Positions 1-9,816 of a stretch of DNA of 64,000 nt are shown in pieces. The notes beneath the pieces are model-generated. The model worked only from the letters and a program-made list of their open reading frames with translations, was not told the DNA's origin and did no database searches. A program made the position numbers and the translations under genes. The stretch is taken from NCBI GenBank assembly GCA_965223265.1, contig OZ244999.1, positions 8,704,001-8,768,000 on the forward strand, given 5' to 3'. The DNA is from Planctomycetota bacterium (lineage in GTDB: Bacteria > Planctomycetota > UBA8108 > SXIK01). Each line of letters starts with the position of its first letter. Position 1 is the stretch's first letter.

Positions 1-2
1 AA

Positions 3-2441
3 CTCGGCAAGTTGCCGGAACTCGGCGATTTTTACCGCGAAATGGCGAACGCGTTTTACCAGAAGGGCGATTACGCGCATGCCGTCGACAACTATCAACG
101 CGCCTTGAACGAGTTTGAAGCCCAGAAATTGAAGAGCCGGCAAGTTGCCGTGCTCGATGACCTCGGTCGCGTCTACCTCGAGCGCGGCAACTATTTCCGC
201 GCCGCGCGTTATCTTTACCGATCACTCGAGATTCGACGCAGCGACCACGACGTCGCCGGACTCTGCCGCTCTTACGACCAGCTCGGTAAGGTTTACTTGC
301 GCAGCGGTGACTACTTCAAGACGATCGAAAATCTCAATCTGAGCCTGAGCCTCAAGGAGCGTATCGGCGACTTCCCGGGCCTCAATCCGACGCTCAACAC
401 TCTTGGCGATCTCTATGCTCGCCTGGGACTCTATCAGAGCTCCATCGAGTATTTTCGTCGTGCCGTCGCCAACAGCGAAGCGCTTGGAGACACACGCGGT
501 CTCGTCGAAGCATTCGCCAATCTCGGTCGATGCTCCTTCGAACTCGGTGATTTCAAACAGGCTGCGAGTTTCGCCAAGCAAGTCGGAATCCTTTCCTCCG
601 AGTTCAAGCTGCGTCTAGAAGAGGCTGATGGGCTGCTGCTGCAGGGATGTCGCGACGGCCTGGACCGGGAGTGGGCCGATGCGGAAAAGCGGCTCAAGCA
701 GGCGGTTGAAATTTACGCCAAGCTGGGCAATCGACGCCGTGAAGCGTCAGCGTACCTGGAACAGGCCGAGATCAAGCTACAGCGCGAGCTTTTCGATGAA
801 GCGCTGAAGATTGTTTCGAAGGGCCACGTGATCGCTGAAGATCTCAAGGCGCTCGACCTGCAGGTGCGCGCACTCGTGATCAAGGGCAACATTCATCGGT
901 TTCTCAAAGGCGGCAACGTTGACCGCGCGCGGGAGTTTTTTCAGAAAGCGCTTGAGTTGAGCCAAAATTTTGGCGACGTCGGCCTCCTGTTCTCGCTCTT
1001 TTACTCGTTCGCAAAGCTGTGCCACGGCGAGCGAGACTTTTCCGAGGCAGCGAACTACTACAGTAAAGCGGAGCTGATCCTCAAGCAAATCGGGAACAAT
1101 CTTACAGAAGATCTCGCGGCGCGATTCATGGAGGATCGACGGCGTAAGGTCTTCACGGAAGATCTGGCGCGATTCCGTCGCGAGTCCGTCGGCCGCGACT
1201 CCGGCGCTGCTGTCGATCTGCGCGGCGCCGAGGTGGTGTCGAGATCGGTGAAGGATCGCCCGATCGGCGTCGGCGACTACAAGGATCTTCAGTCGCGGGT
1301 ACTGCGGCTTCACGCCGGCATGAATCAACTCCACTTCTACGAACGCATCCTCGATGACGCGCTGGAGCTCAGCGGTGCGGACCGGGGTTTCGTGCTGCAG
1401 GTTCAGAACCGTCAGTACACGCCGGTCGCTTTTCACGGTTTTGGCAAGCAAGCGACACAGCACCCCGAGTACATGGTTGCGAACCAATTGGCGCAGGAGT
1501 CCGTGCGCAAGGGACGGTCCATCGTCGCTTCTGGCGCGAAGGCGGGCACCGACGACGCGCGCGGCGACCGGCAGTTGCAGCTCGGCTACCTGGTCCACCG
1601 TTCGATCTTGACCGTGCCGTTTTTGACGGACGAACGCATTTTTGGCGGTGTCTATCTCGACAAGCCGGTGTCACTCGGCGAGTTTGGCGCACGGGATCAA
1701 GTGCTCCTCGAGGCTTTCGCACATCATGCCGCTGTCGCGCTCAATAATCGGCGCGAATTCGAGATTGCAATCCGCGAACCACTCACAGGGTTCTACACGC
1801 CGAGCTACTTCATCGACCGACTCGGTGACGCTTATCGACTCTACAATCTTCATGACAAAGCGTTCGCACTCGTTGGATTCTATCTGCCGAATCTCGACGA
1901 CATGCTCGCGGATGGGCGCGGACAGCTCGGAAGCAATCTGTTGCGTGAATTAAGCGAAGTCCTCGCGCCTCGAACAGCTGTCTGTTGGGGCAGTCCGGTC
2001 CTTTATCTCCTTCTTGAGGATGGTGACGTGCCGCTCATGGAAGACATCGCTGTGCGTGTTCGGGAACGACTTGCCCAGACGCTGAACGACGACGTGGCGA
2101 TGGAACTCAATGTGTCGAATCGGCAGTATCGCAGCGGTTCGGACATCTACTTCCAGATTCGCCAGCGACTGCTTCCGGCGGAGTGCGATCACCGAACACT
2201 CAGCGCGCTGCGCTCAGTGCTCGCCAGCGATGTGACGCTGCGAGATTCTAAACGCATCGTGGAGAAGCATAAAATTGAGTCAACGCTCCGCAAGACAGGC
2301 GGCAACATCACCCACGCCGCGCGAGAGCTTGGGATTCATCGACCGCAGCTGTCGAATCTTCTGAAGAAGTACAAGCTGAAGCGGGAGCTTTTCGAGTCGA
2401 ACGGCGACAGTGGCAATGGCGTCGGCGACTCGGAGGCATAG
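3..2441 (+). CDS. 5'-truncated TPR-repeat / GAF / degenerate GGDEF-like / Fis-type HTH regulator
   Basis: Frame is open from the window start. It has many TPR-like helices (e.g. LGRVYLERGNYFRAARYLYRSLEI), a GAF-like segment (SGADRGFV...RSILTVPF...GGVYLD), a GGDEF-like start (AIREPLTGFY) lacking the GGDEF motif, and a C-terminal Fis HTH (GGNITHAARELGIHRPQL). Confidence 0.8.
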   Translation, partial: LGKLPELGDFYREMANAFYQKGDYAHAVDNYQRALNEFEAQKLKSRQVAVLDDLGRVYLERGNYFRAARYLYRSLEIRRSDHDVAGLCRSYDQLGKVYLRSGDYFKTIENLNLSLSLKERIGDFPGLNPTLNTLGDLYARLGLYQSSIEYFRRAVANSEALGDTRGLVEAFANLGRCSFELGDFKQAASFAKQVGILSSEFKLRLEEADGLLLQGCRDGLDREWADAEKRLKQAVEIYAKLGNRRREASAYLEQAEIKLQRELFDEALKIVSKGHVIAEDLKALDLQVRALVIKGNIHRFLKGGNVDRAREFFQKALELSQNFGDVGLLFSLFYSFAKLCHGERDFSEAANYYSKAELILKQIGNNLTEDLAARFMEDRRRKVFTEDLARFRRESVGRDSGAAVDLRGAEVVSRSVKDRPIGVGDYKDLQSRVLRLHAGMNQLHFYERILDDALELSGADRGFVLQVQNRQYTPVAFHGFGKQATQHPEYMVANQLAQESVRKGRSIVASGAKAGTDDARGDRQLQLGYLVHRSILTVPFLTDERIFGGVYLDKPVSLGEFGARDQVLLEAFAHHAAVALNNRREFEIAIREPLTGFYTPSYFIDRLGDAYRLYNLHDKAFALVGFYLPNLDDMLADGRGQLGSNLLRELSEVLAPRTAVCWGSPVLYLLLEDGDVPLMEDIAVRVRERLAQTLNDDVAMELNVSNRQYRSGSDIYFQIRQRLLPAECDHRTLSALRSVLASDVTLRDSKRIVEKHKIESTLRKTGGNITHAARELGIHRPQLSNLLKKYKLKRELFESNGDSGNGVGDSEA

Positions 2442-2699
2442 AAAGTTTTCGATCTCGACTCGCACTCTCATGATTCGACCGCGCGTCGAACCTTGAGGGT
2501 GAGGCGGCAGACGCACACCGTTCCCAACGTGGAGGAATCTGCGGAATCCGAACGGAACGTACGATCAAGGACGGAGCGGAAGACCGGCTCGCCGCACGTT
2601 GCCGCCCGAATGTGTGGTTGCCCAGGCGAACTCGTTGTGCGTGAAGCGCATCAGCAGTATTCTGAGCGTGTTCACCCCATTCAACGGAGTAGGCATCAC

Positions 2700-3887
2700 A
2701 TGGAACGCATCCATCCCACGCGCCGTTCGTTTCTCAGGACCTCGGCTCTGTCGGGCCTTGCTGCACTTTCCTATTCGCACGTGCTCGGAGCGAACGAACG
2801 ACTGCGCGTCGGGTGCATCGGCGTCGGCCAGCGTGGTCGCAATCGTCTGCGCTCGGCGCAAGACCATGGCGCAGAGATCGTCGCGATCTGTGACGTCAAC
2901 CAGCTGATGCTGCGCGAAGCGGCGGCGCTCGTGCGCGGGTCTCGCCCGAAAGAGTCTCCGTACCACGAGGAGGTTCTGGCGCGACCTGACATCGATGCCG
3001 TCATCGTCGCCAGTGCGGATCACTGGCACCGAGATCATCTCATCGATGCGGTAGCCGCAGGAAAAGATACCTATATCGAGAAACCGCTGACACGCACGAT
3101 CGAGGAAGGACAGGAGGTCGTTCAGGCAGTCTCGAAGAGTGACCGGATCGTTCAGGTCGGCAATCAGCGCCGCAGCGGCAAGCACTGGGAGAAGGCTCGA
3201 GACATCGTTGCCGCGGGTGGTATCGGAGAGCTCCGTTTCGTCCGCACGTGGGATACCCGCTACCGCCCCATCGATCCGTACGTGCAGCGAGCGAAGAAAT
3301 TCAAAGCGAAGGAGATCGACTGGGAGCGCTTCCTCGGTCGCGCGCCGTCACGGCCCTTTGATCCCGTACGCTGCTCTGCCTGGCGTTGGTTCTGGGACTT
3401 TGGCGGTGGACTCATGACCGACATCGGCCCTCATCGACTCGATGTGGCCCACTGGATCTCTAGCTCGGAGGGACCGCGTTCCGTCGTCTGCAATGGCGGC
3501 AACTATCACTCGCCGGAGTGGGAGACCCCCGACAACGTGCACGCGATCCTTGACTGCGGGACGTTTTGTATCAACTTCAACGTTCACTTCATGAACGGCT
3601 ACGACAGCGGCGGCGCTGGTTACTACGGCACCGGTGGCACGATTTTTCAGCAGCACGCCAAAATGATCCATGCTGACACCAAGGGGAACGTTGTTGAGGA
3701 GTGGGAAACTCCTGGGGAAGGTGAGCTGCACATGCAGAACTTCCTTGAATGCGTCAAGTCCCGCCGAGCGCCGAACTCGCTCGTCGAGGTCGCCAACAAG
3801 GTGATCATCGGAGCTCATCTTGGCAACATCTCTTATCGCACGGGTCGCCGCGTTCACTGGGACGTCGATCAAGAGAGGATTCTGTAG
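2700..3887 (+). CDS. Gfo/Idh/MocA family oxidoreductase, Tat signal
   Basis: TRRSFL Tat motif; GCIGVGQRG Rossmann motif; DHWH, YIEKP and QVGNQRRS motifs; GGAG upstream of ATG 2700. Confidence 0.9.
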   Translation: MERIHPTRRSFLRTSALSGLAALSYSHVLGANERLRVGCIGVGQRGRNRLRSAQDHGAEIVAICDVNQLMLREAAALVRGSRPKESPYHEEVLARPDIDAVIVASADHWHRDHLIDAVAAGKDTYIEKPLTRTIEEGQEVVQAVSKSDRIVQVGNQRRSGKHWEKARDIVAAGGIGELRFVRTWDTRYRPIDPYVQRAKKFKAKEIDWERFLGRAPSRPFDPVRCSAWRWFWDFGGGLMTDIGPHRLDVAHWISSSEGPRSVVCNGGNYHSPEWETPDNVHAILDCGTFCINFNVHFMNGYDSGGAGYYGTGGTIFQQHAKMIHADTKGNVVEEWETPGEGELHMQNFLECVKSRRAPNSLVEVANKVIIGAHLGNISYRTGRRVHWDVDQERIL

Positions 3888-3936
3888 CAGCGACTCGCGC
3901 GGCGGCATAGGCCGGACGCGAAATCGCCAGGCCGGG

Positions 3937-4803
3937 CTAACGACGTGGAGCGAAGTCGCCGCAGGCCCGCTCCCAAGCGGCGGCCACTTCCATGTCGAGC
4001 AGGTGCGACGGGCGCACGTTTTTGAGTGCCGCGAGCATCACCTCGCGCACCTGCGGGTTGTCGCGCTCAAGTCGCCTAAGGAGCCGGCTCATCTCGACGC
4101 GTTTGAGGTCTGACTGGGACCCGCAGAGGTTACAGGGGAGGATCGGGTAGCCGGCGATGCTGGCATGCTCTCTGATTGCATCCTCAGAACACTCGATGAG
4201 CGGTCGGATCACATCGAAGCGGTCATCGTTGGTGCGATAGCTTGGTGGCATGGACTGCAGCTTGCCGCCGTAGAAAAGATTGAGCAGCAGTGTCTCGAGA
4301 GCATCGTCGCGGTGGTGTCCGAGCGCGATTTTGTTGCAATCGAGCCTTGCCGCGGCGCTATAGAGTATGCCTCGGCGCAGGCGGGAGCAGGGCGCACAGT
4401 AGGACTTCCCAGAGGCGGCTGCTTGTTCGACGGCGAGAGAGTAAGTGTCCTGGCGTTCGATTTCGAAGCGCGTCCCGCGCGTCTCGAGCCACTTTCTCAG
4501 GGCATGACCGTCGTAGCCAGGGTGGCCTTGGTCGAGGTGGAAGGCGACGAGCTCAAAATCGACAGGCGCTCGTCGTTTGGCCGCGGTGAGGAGGTCGAGC
4601 AGCGTGTAGCTGTCCTTGCCGCCGGAAACAGCAATGAGGATGCGGTCGCCAGCTTCGATGAGGTGATACTGGGCGACGGTCCGCAGCATCGTGCGGCGCA
4701 GTTTCTCTTGTACTCGGGACGGCGCCGATGGTGCCGCCGCCGTTGGCGCTGCGGGCACAGAGGCGTCGTCTTCGGGTTGGTGCAGATCGGTCGGTGTGTT
4801 CAT
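3937..4803 (-). CDS. ttcA: tRNA 2-thiocytidine(32) synthetase
   Basis: PP-loop SGGKDS; CAPCSRLRRGILY; ALGHHRDD; PCNLCGSQ. Confidence 0.93.
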   Translation of the reverse strand: MNTPTDLHQPEDDASVPAAPTAAAPSAPSRVQEKLRRTMLRTVAQYHLIEAGDRILIAVSGGKDSYTLLDLLTAAKRRAPVDFELVAFHLDQGHPGYDGHALRKWLETRGTRFEIERQDTYSLAVEQAAASGKSYCAPCSRLRRGILYSAAARLDCNKIALGHHRDDALETLLLNLFYGGKLQSMPPSYRTNDDRFDVIRPLIECSEDAIREHASIAGYPILPCNLCGSQSDLKRVEMSRLLRRLERDNPQVREVMLAALKNVRPSHLLDMEVAAAWERACGDFAPRR

Positions 4804-5089
4804 GTCGTTCGCTGCGGAACCACACTACACTGAGGCGGTCGACGTTCTCAACGGAATCCGCCGAGCCAGCCGTCGTCTCAGCTCGACGGGACCGTGGTTC
4901 TCCGCCAGGGAGAAATGCTTGGGCGTGCGGCCCGCGATGAAGAGAATGGACTCCGTCGGTCGTTTGGCCGAGGTTGGCCGGTCGCTCCATGCCGTAGGAA
5001 GAAACCATAGCGGACGGCGCAGAAGTTTGCGTGCGTGTTTGTTGCTGGAATTGTTTGACTCGAGAGTTGAGAGGCCAGTCCAGGCTCGA

Positions 5090-5138
5090 CGTGAAGCGGC
5101 CGGATTCGTAGCCGCACGACGTTTCAATGGGCTGTTAG
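5090..5138 (-). mobile_element. Degenerate terminal remnant of MITE family A
   Basis: cgtgaagcggccggattcgtagccgcacgacgtttcaatgggctg+TTAG resembles the reverse complement of the family A left end (cgtgaagaggccagtttctcggccgaatgactttttcaacgggctg). Confidence 0.55.
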
Positions 5139-5141
5139 CTT

Positions 5142-5963
5142 ATGGATCGTTACACGAAGCTCAGCGACGACCTCCCACCCGTTTGTCGCCTTGGTCTGGC
5201 GACTCGGGGGAACACGCATCTTGAGCCTCTCGACGTTCATCGTGCTATCGACGCAGGGGTGAACTATCTCAACTGGTGCGGGTATGCCGACGGCATGAGC
5301 CGTGCGATTGCCGCGATGTCATCGCGCGAACGAGATCACGTCGTCGTCGCCAAGCAGTTCTTTGCCCACAGTGCGAGTGAAGCAGCCGCCGAGCTGCGCG
5401 AGACGCTCACGACGCTAGCGAGCGACAGACTTGAGGTTGTCACCCTCTATTACATCGAGTCCGAAGGCGAGTGGGAGAGGCTCGCCGGCCACAATGGGGC
5501 CATCACCGAGCTGCAGAAGGCCAAGCGCGCCGGAGAGATCGGGCTCATCGGGTTGACCACGCATCAGCGACGGTTGGCGGTACGTTGGGTCGAGACTGGA
5601 GTTCTCGACCTCGTCATGGTGCGCTACAACGCGGCGCACCGCGGCGCTGAGGAGGACGTCTTTCCGGTCACCGCGCCCCGCGGCACTCCTGTCGTGGCGT
5701 TTACGTGTCAGCGCTGGGGACACCTGGCGCGCTCGACGCCGGAAGATCCGCAGGGTTTTCAGCCACCGCCGGCACCGGAGTGGTACCGTTTCTGCCTGGC
5801 CCGACCGGAGGTTGCCGTTGCGCTCATGGCGCCGAACGGTACCGAAGAACTGCGCCAAGGTCTCGCTCTCCTCGATGATTGGAATCCCCCGAGCGCGAGC
5901 GAGTTGGAGGCGATGCGTGCGCATGGCGCGCGCGTTCGGCGTTCGGCGGGAAGTTTTCCGTGA
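5142..5963 (+). CDS. Aldo/keto reductase family protein
   Basis: RLGLAT...RAIDAGVNY; GLIGLTTHQR; MVRYNAAHRGAE, all typical AKR-fold segments. Confidence 0.8.
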   Translation: MDRYTKLSDDLPPVCRLGLATRGNTHLEPLDVHRAIDAGVNYLNWCGYADGMSRAIAAMSSRERDHVVVAKQFFAHSASEAAAELRETLTTLASDRLEVVTLYYIESEGEWERLAGHNGAITELQKAKRAGEIGLIGLTTHQRRLAVRWVETGVLDLVMVRYNAAHRGAEEDVFPVTAPRGTPVVAFTCQRWGHLARSTPEDPQGFQPPPAPEWYRFCLARPEVAVALMAPNGTEELRQGLALLDDWNPPSASELEAMRAHGARVRRSAGSFP

Positions 5964-6007
5964 CGACGCAGTCAGACTTATGCCACATAGTAGTTAACGG
6001 CAGAAGC

Positions 6008-6036
6008 CGGCCGAATGACTTTCAACGCACTGCTAA
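6008..6036 (-). mobile_element. Degenerate terminal remnant of MITE family A
   Basis: cggccgaatgactttcaacgcactgctaa compared with family A end cggccgaatgactttttcaacgggctgctaa. Confidence 0.5.
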
Positions 6037-6057
6037 CGCCGAAACACTGGGAAAAGC

Positions 6058-7527
6058 ATGTACCGCAACACAGCAGAGTTTACGTCGCCAAGAATTCGTC
6101 ACGCCGTTGCAATTCTTGTTGCCGCGGTTCTCGTGTCGTTCTGTGGTTCCATCATCTTCACGACAGAAACCGAGACCCGCGTCGCTACTGAAGACTTTAG
6201 CCATGATCCAAATTGGGACGGCCGAAACCAAACACCCCCGGATTCACATCGGCGCACGATCGAGCAGGATTTTGGTTTCAGCTCGACGCGGCACGCAGGT
6301 GGCGAGGCGGGCGAAATCGGCGGCCGCGTCAGTCGCTCCGTGCGTCCTGCGACGTACGCCCGCTCGGTCTTCAATCGAACACTCAACGACCGGTTGTCCG
6401 CCTCGGGACGCTTTGCGGTGACGAAGAGCGAGGGAGGCAGTGGCGTCCTCATCGGTTGGTTTAACTTTGCCTCGCGCGGTTGGCGCACGCCGAACTCGCT
6501 AGTGTTTCGAATTGATGGTGAGGACGGTCACTTCCGCGTCTTTTTCGAGTACGGCACTAACAACTGGAAGACCGGCGGCGGGACGACGTTCGAGGGGCGC
6601 TATCAAACAACGTCGACTCCGATGTTCGTTGCCGACGGCACGCCGCATCGGTGGCGGCTCGACTACGATCCGCTCGGGGCAGAAGGCCGCGGCGAAATCA
6701 TTTTCACTCTCGACGATCATACCTACCGAGCGGCGTTGGCACCGGGACATAAAACTGACGGTGCGATTTTCAATCGCTTCGGCATCCTTAATCAGCAGAC
6801 TGTGGGCGAAGGAATGACCATCTACCTCGACGACGTCGTCATCGACGGCCGCCACTACGATTTTGCGAGCGACCCGAATTGGGAAGGCGTCGGCAACCGA
6901 GTCCGCTTCGATGGCGGCTTGACGCGCGCGATTCACGACTTCGGTTTTCGCGACAGCGCGCACGCCGGTGGCAAAGCCGGTGAGATCGGCGGCTTTGTGT
7001 GGAGGATTGAGAGCATGCTTCCCGAGCGGGCTTTCTTCTACGCGGCGCCAATTGAGGCACTGACATTGGACATTGGGCTCGTAGCGAGCGGGAGAATCTC
7101 GCTTCACAGCGCGGCGGCGGACAGCGCGGTTTTGATCGGGTGGTTCAACTCGCACACGGCGGCTGGTGCGCCACCGGCAAACTTCGTCGGCGTCTTGATC
7201 GAGGGGCCGAGCCGTATCGGGCACTACTTCCGCCCGGTGTACGCGACGTCTGAGGGCCAAGGCGTCGTGAAGCCGACCGGCCCGCTGATTCGTCCCGACG
7301 CTCGCAGTCGGACTTGGCACATTCACTATGATCCAACGGCTGCCGACGGACAAGGCGTCGTGCGTGTGACCCTCGAGGAAGAAACGGTAGAACTCGAGCT
7401 GGGGGCAGGGGCACGACAGGCGAACGCGGCGCTGAATCGTTTCGGCGTCGTCAGCTGGCATCGCGGGGGCCACCACGTCGAGTTATACCTCGACGATCTT
7501 AGCTTCACGGCGGCGCGGAAAAAGTGA
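6058..7527 (+). CDS. Secreted hypothetical protein with internal two-domain duplication
   Basis: N-terminal hydrophobic segment; two homologous halves (DFSHDPNWDG..DFGFSSTRHAGGEAGEIGG / DFASDPNWEG..DFGFRDSAHAGGKAGEIGG). Confidence 0.8.
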   Translation: MYRNTAEFTSPRIRHAVAILVAAVLVSFCGSIIFTTETETRVATEDFSHDPNWDGRNQTPPDSHRRTIEQDFGFSSTRHAGGEAGEIGGRVSRSVRPATYARSVFNRTLNDRLSASGRFAVTKSEGGSGVLIGWFNFASRGWRTPNSLVFRIDGEDGHFRVFFEYGTNNWKTGGGTTFEGRYQTTSTPMFVADGTPHRWRLDYDPLGAEGRGEIIFTLDDHTYRAALAPGHKTDGAIFNRFGILNQQTVGEGMTIYLDDVVIDGRHYDFASDPNWEGVGNRVRFDGGLTRAIHDFGFRDSAHAGGKAGEIGGFVWRIESMLPERAFFYAAPIEALTLDIGLVASGRISLHSAAADSAVLIGWFNSHTAAGAPPANFVGVLIEGPSRIGHYFRPVYATSEGQGVVKPTGPLIRPDARSRTWHIHYDPTAADGQGVVRVTLEEETVELELGAGARQANAALNRFGVVSWHRGGHHVELYLDDLSFTAARKK

Positions 7528-7562
7528 CGGGGTCGACTCGAAATCACTCCCGGAGCGGCGAC

Positions 7563-8783
7563 TCAAGAGGAACGGTTCGGTCCGATCACATCCAGCAGCC
7601 AACGAAACTCGCGTGCGATGCCGCTCACGAGCTTCTCCTCGTTGCGTAGGATCGGCCACGTATACGTCTCGATCACCAGCTGGGACGTCGCTCGTCGCCG
7701 CAGGACATCGAGCACGGCGGCGCGCGTTTCGTCTTGAGTCGTCGCGAGTCGTTGCCATCGTTTCATGTAGAGCGGCACGTGATAGTGTGACCGTAGCTCG
7801 GCGACGTCGGGATGTTTCCCGCGCACCAAGCGGCGTGGCAAGCGATCGAGATCGAGGTCGCGCCACCGCACGTCGCCGCCGGCGTCCACACCGCAGAACT
7901 GATGGAAGTAGCGCGGCTCATGCATGCCACGGAAATCTTCGTAGGCTGCGGGGCTGCGGTAGGGGTTCTTGAGACGGATTGCGTTAGTCACATGCAGCTT
8001 ACCGACGGCGATGCCGGCCCCTCGCAGCCGCTTGAAACTGTCGATGAGATCCTCAAAGAGTACAGAGAAGTGGCACGTATCGACGTTGACCGTAAAAAAC
8101 TTCCGTAGTCGATTCTCGATCGCGCTCTTCGTCAGGCCGCCGCGGCGCCATTTCTCTTTGGCAGCTGGCCAGAGATAGTTCTCGAAGAAATCGATGACTT
8201 CGGCGGCAGTCTCAAGCGACGTCTCAGGCTCCGGCTCGACCGCAAGCACGACCGTTCTGCCTGTCTTGGCTTCGATCTGCGCCAACTTCTGGAGCGTCTT
8301 CAGATAGCCCGAAGCGATGCGACGGAACGTCCGCGGGTCGTGGCTGGTGCGGCGATAGACACCGGCGGAGGTGCTGACAGAACCGCTCAGGCCTGCCGGC
8401 AAGAGATCGGCGAGTATTTCCGCGATGCGGTTCGTCCATCTCGGACGATCGGTTTCGATCCAAGACGGTCGATAGACCTGCTCCTTGACGCGTCGTGCAT
8501 GAAAGTCGAGGAGAGGAAACGCGTTAATCGAAAAGATGTAGAGATTCTGCTCGCCAAGGAATTCCGCAAACTCGCGCCGCGCCCTGACGGCGGAGAGTTC
8601 CTTCGCCGTCCCAATGCCGAAGCGAAGCTCGAGTCCACCGCGCTGGCCGCGAAAAACCCGGTCACGCACCGGGATCGTAAAACGCGACAGGAATGCGTAC
8701 AGATCCTTCAACTTCTCGCCGCGATGCACGTTGGTGCTGTAGGCGAGATGGAGCGAGTCAGTTTTCTTGCGTGATGCGCTCAT
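7563..8783 (-). CDS. eboE: Metabolite traffic protein EboE (xylose-isomerase-like TIM barrel)
   Basis: LAYSTNVH, INAFP..FH...VKEQVYRP, LAVEPEP, DTCH, EPRYFHQ, RSHYHVP and IETYTW motifs. Confidence 0.85.
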   Translation of the reverse strand: MSASRKKTDSLHLAYSTNVHRGEKLKDLYAFLSRFTIPVRDRVFRGQRGGLELRFGIGTAKELSAVRARREFAEFLGEQNLYIFSINAFPLLDFHARRVKEQVYRPSWIETDRPRWTNRIAEILADLLPAGLSGSVSTSAGVYRRTSHDPRTFRRIASGYLKTLQKLAQIEAKTGRTVVLAVEPEPETSLETAAEVIDFFENYLWPAAKEKWRRGGLTKSAIENRLRKFFTVNVDTCHFSVLFEDLIDSFKRLRGAGIAVGKLHVTNAIRLKNPYRSPAAYEDFRGMHEPRYFHQFCGVDAGGDVRWRDLDLDRLPRRLVRGKHPDVAELRSHYHVPLYMKRWQRLATTQDETRAAVLDVLRRRATSQLVIETYTWPILRNEEKLVSGIAREFRWLLDVIGPNRSS

Positions 8784-8956
8784 GTGCAGGTCTTCTCGTG
8801 ACCCCACATCTTAGCGCGTCTTCACTGCCGAGATCGAGGCCGATTCCACGCGGTATCGTGGCGGCCGCGTCGCCCTCATCCGTCGGAAGCGACTTTCATC
8901 GCGAGACGCTCGAAGAGTCCCGGTGGGACCTCTCCCGTGTTACAATACCGGACCTT

Positions 8957-9802
8957 ATGAATGCTGACGCCGACAGCGCCGAACGCACGCCGAGGGAAGG
9001 CCTCACTGTGGTCTTGGCGGTAAAAAACGAAGCCGATCAGATCCGCGGTGCCCTCGAGCAGCTCGAGTTTGCGGACGAGCGCGTCGTCGTCGACATGGGC
9101 AGCACCGATGGGACGCTGGAGATTTGTCAAAAAATTGCCGATAAGGTCATCGAGCACGACGGCGGCCCGCACGGCCTGATACACGTCAACAAGAACGTAG
9201 GGTTCCAGAATGCGACGCAGCCTTGGATCCTCAACCTGGACGCGGACGAACGTCTCAGCCTCGAGCTCAGAGAGGAGATTCTGGCGATGCTGTCCAGTCC
9301 GAATCCGGACGTCGCGGCCTACCGCTTACCGTTCACGCACTACTTCTTCGGCCGCTACCTGCGCCACGGGGGGTTTGACGGTGCGCTTGTCCGGCTCTTT
9401 CGCCGTGGACGGCTGCGTTACCCGGAAGATCGCGCCCACTCGGCTCCGGTCGTCGACGGCGCCATTGCTTCCATGGAGCACCTCGTGGTGCACTTCAACC
9501 ATCGCTCCATCGCACACTTTGTCGACAAAATGAACCTCTACACCTCTTCGGACGCGGCGCTCATGACGACCCACGGCCACGGTGGGCTGCGAAACCGTCC
9601 GGTCCCGTCGGCGCTTGGGCGCAAGCTGTTCACCGCGCCGCTTTCGGTGTTTTGGAACAGGTACGTCCGCCACCGCGGTTTTCGCGACGGCGTTCACGGT
9701 CTTGTGGTGGCGGTGCTCATGGCGTTCTACCAGTTCGTGGAGTACGTCAAAGTGTGGGAGCGACTTCACGCCAAGCCGGCGCCGCCTGAAGACTCTCGTT
9801 GA
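8957..9802 (+). CDS. Glycosyltransferase family 2
   Basis: KNEA..I; VVDMGSTDGT; WILNLDADE; C-terminal GFRDG..GL. Start placed at ATG 8957. Confidence 0.9.
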   Translation: MNADADSAERTPREGLTVVLAVKNEADQIRGALEQLEFADERVVVDMGSTDGTLEICQKIADKVIEHDGGPHGLIHVNKNVGFQNATQPWILNLDADERLSLELREEILAMLSSPNPDVAAYRLPFTHYFFGRYLRHGGFDGALVRLFRRGRLRYPEDRAHSAPVVDGAIASMEHLVVHFNHRSIAHFVDKMNLYTSSDAALMTTHGHGGLRNRPVPSALGRKLFTAPLSVFWNRYVRHRGFRDGVHGLVVAVLMAFYQFVEYVKVWERLHAKPAPPEDSR

Positions 9803-9816
9803 GGCAACCAGTCTCC

